From: a virus
Lineage: Duplodnaviria > Caudoviricetes
IMG/VR virus record: IMGVR_UViG_3300036987_000543
Span: 1 to 59,830 of that record
Length of the DNA: 59,830 nucleotides
Strand: one strand, 5' to 3'
A model generated the notes under the pieces. That model ran no database searches and was not told the DNA's origin. It saw only the letters and a list, made by a program, of their open reading frames with translations. How positions within the stretch are numbered: the stretch's first letter is position 1; each line of letters opens with the position of its first letter. This document shows positions 55,350-59,830 of this stretch, one piece after another. The translations under genes were made by a program, and so were the position numbers.

Positions 55350-55893
55350 GGCTGAACAGATTATGCTTATTAGAATAGGTGATGAACTCTGCCATAGTGT
55401 GGCTGCCAGTTTTCCGGAAAGCTGCTTTCTTGTGGTTGAGAACAGTATTGATACTGATGTAAAGCTTGTCGGCTATTTGGTTCTCATTCAGGCCGGCATG
55501 AAAAAGCTTCATAACCTGAAGCTCTCTCTCGGAAAGGTTGCTGTTGAACTTTGGGTTGCATATGACTTGGTCATACTTGCATTCGCCTCTCATTGGGCAT
55601 GGGACGAATTCAAACCGGAATGTACCGGCATCAAAGTCCAGTACATTATCAAAATTTCCGAAGTTGCATTTGAGAAACCGACGCACGATCAGGAACTCAT
55701 AATAGAATAAGGAGTCGGATGATGCTTTGTAGGCTTCACTCATTGCTTTGTAAGCATCAGGATAGCTTTCTCTAATCCTGGCGATCATACCAGTAATGAA
55801 TTCCCTGTGTCGTGGTTCAAGCTTGTAATGTGCTTGCCCGGCCGGAGCAATCATTACTTCTCCCTCTGGGGTGCTGTAGGTTTCGAATATCAT
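55339..55893 (-). CDS. LuxR-type C-terminal HTH regulator with Cys cluster
   Basis: LSERELQVMKL...IADKLYISINTVLNH; CPMRGEC...C. Confidence 0.85.
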   Translation of the reverse strand: MIFETYSTPEGEVMIAPAGQAHYKLEPRHREFITGMIARIRESYPDAYKAMSEAYKASSDSLFYYEFLIVRRFLKCNFGNFDNVLDFDAGTFRFEFVPCPMRGECKYDQVICNPKFNSNLSERELQVMKLFHAGLNENQIADKLYISINTVLNHKKAAFRKTGSHTMAEFITYSNKHNLFSHGN

Positions 55894-56159
55894 GGGAAGA
55901 GTAATTCAGGTGAAACACCAAGTTTTTCAGCTATCAGGCTTTTTTTGAGGGCATCCGGTTTATATTCTCCGGCAATCCAGCATCGCACTGTTGTTTCGGA
56001 AACAAGACAGAGAGCGGCTATTTCCTTGATAAATCTGGCCCGTGGGGTATCTTCAGACCTGTCGGGCAAGGTGAAGTACTGACCCCTGAAAGTTAATTTT
56101 TCAGATTCTGGCACAACATAGTTGCTTTTGCGCCCTCTCTTTTTGTATATTCGCTCCAT
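55890..56159 (-). CDS. Cro-like XRE HTH protein
   Basis: IAALCLVSETTVRCW...IAEKLGVSPELLFP; divergent from the repressor. Confidence 0.8.
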   Translation of the reverse strand: MERIYKKRGRKSNYVVPESEKLTFRGQYFTLPDRSEDTPRARFIKEIAALCLVSETTVRCWIAGEYKPDALKKSLIAEKLGVSPELLFP

Positions 56160-56178
56160 ATAATTATAAATTTCGGTA

Positions 56179-56221
56179 CAAATATAAACACATTTGATGA
56201 AAAGTCAACACATTTGATGAA
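56179..56221. promoter_or_regulatory. Lysis/lysogeny switch: leftward -7 box plus two 15-bp operator repeats
   Basis: TATATTTG on the minus strand at 56179-56186 (perfect TAnnTTTG); AACACATTTGATGAA at 56187 and 56207. Confidence 0.7.
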
Positions 56222-56627
56222 TATTTTTAATAAAAATGATGAAAATTTTGGGGCAAGACTTTTAAGACTTATTTCTCAACACTTTAAGAGTCAGTCTGAT
56301 TTTGCCGAAAAGCTTGGTAAACCTGTTCAGTCTATCAACAGAATCATCAAAACTGATAAGGCAAGCCTTGATTTTTTAAACGAAATCGTTGAAATCATTC
56401 CTGATGTTAACCTTAACTGGTTATTAAAAGGAGAGGGGTCAATGATGAATGCTGATGCAGGTGCCGATAAAGAACATACGGGTTCATATTCTGAATCAGT
56501 TTCAGTTCCCAAACTGGTTCTTGATGTCCTGTCCAGCCAACAGAGGACGATAGAAAACCTCAGCGAGACGCTTAAAAAAACGGCTGCCCGGAAGGAAGGT
56601 CATGCCGGATGTGCCGCTGCGGGGTAG
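56217..56627 (+). CDS. CI-like XRE repressor with no evident S24 peptidase domain
   Basis: SQSDFAEKLG...VNLNWLLKGEGSM; divergent from cro. Confidence 0.8.
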   Translation: MNIFNKNDENFGARLLRLISQHFKSQSDFAEKLGKPVQSINRIIKTDKASLDFLNEIVEIIPDVNLNWLLKGEGSMMNADAGADKEHTGSYSESVSVPKLVLDVLSSQQRTIENLSETLKKTAARKEGHAGCAAAG

Positions 56628-56662
56628 TGTTAGGTATTCGGAAAATGAAGTTTTGATTATAA

Positions 56663-57193
56663 TTGTTTGTCGATATGGATCCTTTCCTAGTATTAGTCAT
56701 TATTGTTGTGATAGGATTTGTTATAGCTGTCGTAAAAGGCAACCAGAGATTCAAGGATAATCTTGATTCTATGGAATCAAAGGGTTATAGAACTGACAGC
56801 ATGATAGATGTTGGTAAATATTTGACCGGCCATCCAGATTTAGACAATGCCGTAAACGTGGTTTGTGTCTTCCCAAAGGATGATAATTTAGATCTATTCG
56901 ACTCATCGACACTTAAAATGGTAAATGTGGCAACCATAAAAAAGGAATCGGTTAAGAATGTGCTCGTAGAAGATCAAACAACGATTGAAAAGAGGGTTAC
57001 AGTTGCCAGATTATTACTTACCGGAATTTTCGCTTTTGCTCTTAAGAAGAAGCAAGTTAATGAGCTTGCCTACTTAATCCTTGAATGGGGCGACGGAAGG
57101 TTTAACCATGAGACCATTTTTGAATTTGAAGGAAGAAATGCTATAACAAGAGCTAATACAGCAAGAAACCAACTTATTAAAGTTTTAAGATAA
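56663..57193 (+). CDS. Membrane-anchored hypothetical protein in the immunity region
   Basis: N-terminal TM; KRVTVARLLLTGIFAFALKKK motif. Confidence 0.65.
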   Translation: MFVDMDPFLVLVIIVVIGFVIAVVKGNQRFKDNLDSMESKGYRTDSMIDVGKYLTGHPDLDNAVNVVCVFPKDDNLDLFDSSTLKMVNVATIKKESVKNVLVEDQTTIEKRVTVARLLLTGIFAFALKKKQVNELAYLILEWGDGRFNHETIFEFEGRNAITRANTARNQLIKVLR

Positions 57194-57198
57194 AGCAG

Positions 57199-57459
57199 AT
57201 GCAACCAGAGGAAAGCAAACAGATAATCGAAAGATTCTTCAGGGCATTAGATTCATTGATTGAGTCCAAAAGGATAAGAGGGATATCGACCTTTTGTCGA
57301 TATCATGGAATTAACAGGGGCAATTTACTTAAACAGAGAGATGACCTGGACAGGGCTTTATTTAAGGTATCATGGCTCACGCCCCTTGTACGGTACTATG
57401 GTATCAATCCCCGGTGGCTGCTTACCGGTTTCGGGCCGATGGTAAAGAAAAGGAAGTAA
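57199..57459 (+). CDS. Small HTH-like phage protein
   Basis: TFCRYHGINRGN...YGINPRWLLTGFG. Confidence 0.7.
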   Translation: MQPEESKQIIERFFRALDSLIESKRIRGISTFCRYHGINRGNLLKQRDDLDRALFKVSWLTPLVRYYGINPRWLLTGFGPMVKKRK

Positions 57460-57507
57460 GTTGCAAGATGCTGTAAACAGGGTGGTTTTATAAACACTAT
57501 ACAGATT

Positions 57508-58284
57508 ATGAAAGCAAGTTTTTTCGCGTTGTTCGGGCTAATAGTTCTTCTAACTAGCTGTAAAAAAAATGATGCCAATCTTAAATTAGAAACCCGTTAC
57601 CTATTGCTTAATATTTCAGATACTGCTCAAGTCAAAGCTTCAGGACCACAGAAGATTGAGTATTATTCATCGAATGATTATGTTGCCAGTGTATCTGAAA
57701 CTGGACTGGTTACTGCAAGAAAAGTTGGTGAATGTAGAATTGTTGTAACCTCCGGTGATGAAATATTAGGTTTCAATTGTATTGTCCAATCAAGCAATTT
57801 TTATATTTATTATAGTCAGCCGAAACTATTTTTTGGATCATCAAGAGAAGAAGTCAAGAACCAAATAGGTCATGTTATGTTCGAAACGTCAAATGCAATT
57901 GTCTTTTATGAATGTGCAGATTTTGTGTACCTTTTTGATAGTGAAGATAGGATGGAGGGTGTATATTTTACAGAATGGGTGTCTGATTCTGTTGAACTTC
58001 TTCAATTCCTTAACGAAAGATATGTTGAAATAGAACCTCTTCCTGGATTTGATAAGACATTTATCAATGCTTTCGATAAAAGTGATGCAACAATCGCCAT
58101 CAGCCTTCACACTCCATTTTATTTTTACGAGTGGGCAGTTCTTTACACTCCCTATAAGTCAACAATGAATTATTCGACGGATCAAATTCAATCGCTTAAC
58201 CGGATATCAGAAACATTAAAAAAATCAATGTTGCTTCCGACAGATGAAAGAATTCGAAGTTTGATCAAGAAAAGGAAAGAGTAG
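57508..58284 (+). CDS. Lipoprotein with Ig-like (Big_2) domain
   Basis: Lipobox LTSC-KKND; YSSNDYVASVSETGLVTARKVGECRIVVT. Confidence 0.8.
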   Translation: MKASFFALFGLIVLLTSCKKNDANLKLETRYLLLNISDTAQVKASGPQKIEYYSSNDYVASVSETGLVTARKVGECRIVVTSGDEILGFNCIVQSSNFYIYYSQPKLFFGSSREEVKNQIGHVMFETSNAIVFYECADFVYLFDSEDRMEGVYFTEWVSDSVELLQFLNERYVEIEPLPGFDKTFINAFDKSDATIAISLHTPFYFYEWAVLYTPYKSTMNYSTDQIQSLNRISETLKKSMLLPTDERIRSLIKKRKE

Positions 58285-58333
58285 GGTGAGAAGGATATAG
58301 AAAACCAGTATACTAATCTCAAAACAAAAGCAA

Positions 58334-59308
58334 ATGGCACACGAAATTAAACTTGAAGTTTATACTTTAAGATTGAGACGGAAATCAAAGGATAACAAAG
58401 ACAATGACGAGTACCTCAAAATTGACAACTTCTTCAATAATGTTGATTTTCTTGATTTCTTCGAGAAGTTTATTAATAACTTCGGTAACGAAATGATTAT
58501 CAATGAAGATTATAAGAAATCCTTTCAGTTTCAACAAGAGTTTACAAGAATCGACAGAAAAAATCGAAAAATAAGCGGGATTATTGAAAGTGGTGATTAT
58601 GGACTTGATGGCAAAATCGTTAACACAAAATCTGGTAGACTTAATTACCATAAGTCTACAGAGGATACTGATATAAAGCCTTTCTATTTTTTGGTAATTT
58701 TTCCTGAAAATTCAAACAAAGGTTTTGTTGTTTTGCAACGTACGGGAATATATGGCATTAATAGTGTATTCAAATCGCATCTCGAATTGTTTTTCAAAAA
58801 GGAATTTACGAACCTGATGATAGAGATATCTCAGTTCGTGTCGAAGAATCTTGCAAACAAATTCCTGAATAATGGTGGGGTTCGTGAATTAACCTTAAGA
58901 AGGTACAACCTGCCTTCAGATGTTATTGAAAAATTAGGAATGACAGATCAATCAGAGGACATATTGTCAGTGGAATTCAAAATTGTATCAAAAAGAAAGA
59001 AGTCTTTCGTCGGTTTCAATAAGAGAATAACCAAGTTCATTAAAGCTACTAATGGTTCATTTTTCGATTTGCCTGAACTTAGCAAATTGGGATTCGATGA
59101 TAAGGCTCAATACTCAGTGAAGATAAAGTTGGGCAATAGTACACGAACAATTGATTTGTCTGAACATGGTCAAATTAGACCTTATTTTGATGTAGAAGAT
59201 CATGTAGATAAGGATCCGAAAACTGGACACCCAATTTTCGAAAGTATTGATAAATTTGCTATTGAATTGGTAAATGATTTGCTGCTTGAAATTGTCCCAT
59301 CAAAGTAA
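58334..59308 (+). CDS. Putative RexA-like / DUF4747-like cytoplasmic defence protein
   Basis: AT-rich soluble 324-aa ORF (SGIIESGDYG, PFYFL, LQRTGIYG) paired with a 4-TM gene downstream of the repressor. Confidence 0.5.
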   Translation: MAHEIKLEVYTLRLRRKSKDNKDNDEYLKIDNFFNNVDFLDFFEKFINNFGNEMIINEDYKKSFQFQQEFTRIDRKNRKISGIIESGDYGLDGKIVNTKSGRLNYHKSTEDTDIKPFYFLVIFPENSNKGFVVLQRTGIYGINSVFKSHLELFFKKEFTNLMIEISQFVSKNLANKFLNNGGVRELTLRRYNLPSDVIEKLGMTDQSEDILSVEFKIVSKRKKSFVGFNKRITKFIKATNGSFFDLPELSKLGFDDKAQYSVKIKLGNSTRTIDLSEHGQIRPYFDVEDHVDKDPKTGHPIFESIDKFAIELVNDLLLEIVPSK

Positions 59309-59314
59309 ATGTAA

Positions 59315-59830
59315 TTGATTATGAAAATTTTAAACAAGATCAATGTCTCAAGAATTTTTCTTGAACATATCAAAACTTTAAGGAACGATAATTCGAATAA
59401 ACCAGGTGCAGACGACATTCTAACATTCCTCCTGGTTCCGTTTTTCTTTTCAGCATGCCTAATGTATTTCAACATTAGACTTAATGGTAGTGCGACAGAG
59501 ATCTTAATCACAACACTTTCAATACTTGTTGGGTTATTGTTTAATGTAATTGTTATTATTTTCGACATTATCAAAAGGGACAATTCTAAGAAACTTAAAA
59601 ACAGAATATTAGAACAGCTTCTCGCAAACATTTCTTATACGATACTGATTTCTATCGTGATAATTATAATAACACTCTCAACATTTATAAGATCTGATAT
59701 TGTTTGCCTGATTACACACTTTCTTCTGTATTTTCTTCTTTCTCACTATTTTCTTACTGTTCTGATGATTCTGAAAAGAATGTATGCGCTTTTCATCAAT
59801 GAACTCAAGGAAATTGAAGATGATAAGTGA
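59315..59830 (+). CDS. Four-TM membrane protein, putative RexB-like effector
   Basis: Four hydrophobic segments ending FLTVLMILKRMYALF; 6 nt after the partner gene. Confidence 0.55.
   Translation: MIMKILNKINVSRIFLEHIKTLRNDNSNKPGADDILTFLLVPFFFSACLMYFNIRLNGSATEILITTLSILVGLLFNVIVIIFDIIKRDNSKKLKNRILEQLLANISYTILISIVIIIITLSTFIRSDIVCLITHFLLYFLLSHYFLTVLMILKRMYALFINELKEIEDDK

Larger units (their letters stand above)
1214..59830. mobile_element. Temperate siphovirus-like prophage of a Bacteroidales host, truncated at the right window edge
   Basis: Syntenic lysis, tail, head, packaging, replication and cro/cI modules, bounded on the left by a tRNA-derived att site. No integrase in the window. Confidence 0.95.

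Noticed and set aside
1-59830. CRISPR array or cas genes (the 52861 nuclease is superficially Cas4-like)
   Set aside because: No repeat-spacer array was seen; the nuclease sits beside a Sak4-like ATPase as a normal recombination module.

Overview
The window starts with about 1.2 kb of Bacteroidales host DNA (the 5' part of a TPR protein gene). The rest is about 58.6 kb of a siphovirus-like temperate prophage integrated at a tRNA-Gly(CCC). The displaced 3' tRNA half (att) is at 1214-1259; the integrase and the other att end lie beyond the right edge. On the minus strand, right to left, the order is cro/early genes, recombination and replication genes, a non-canonical tRNA, packaging, head, tail, two tail fibres and lysis. 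Accessory blocks are: (i) a divergent cassette of small genes with an incomplete methylase and SymE; (ii) a BcgI-like R-M pair with a GNAT gene; (iii) an island with a putative AbiC-like gene, a T9SS-secreted endonuclease I and a HEPN/DUF4145-like gene; (iv) a RexAB-like pair downstream of the repressor. The most notable structure is a contiguous operon in front of the terminase. It encodes a Na+/solute symporter, a predicted outer-membrane barrel, two PAPS-reductase-like PP-loop enzymes and two ParB/Srx proteins. It shares a 41-bp upstream motif with the capsid operon, which suggests a late-expressed module that imports a metabolite and modifies the packaged DNA. All family assignments come from motif recognition by eye; no searches were run.
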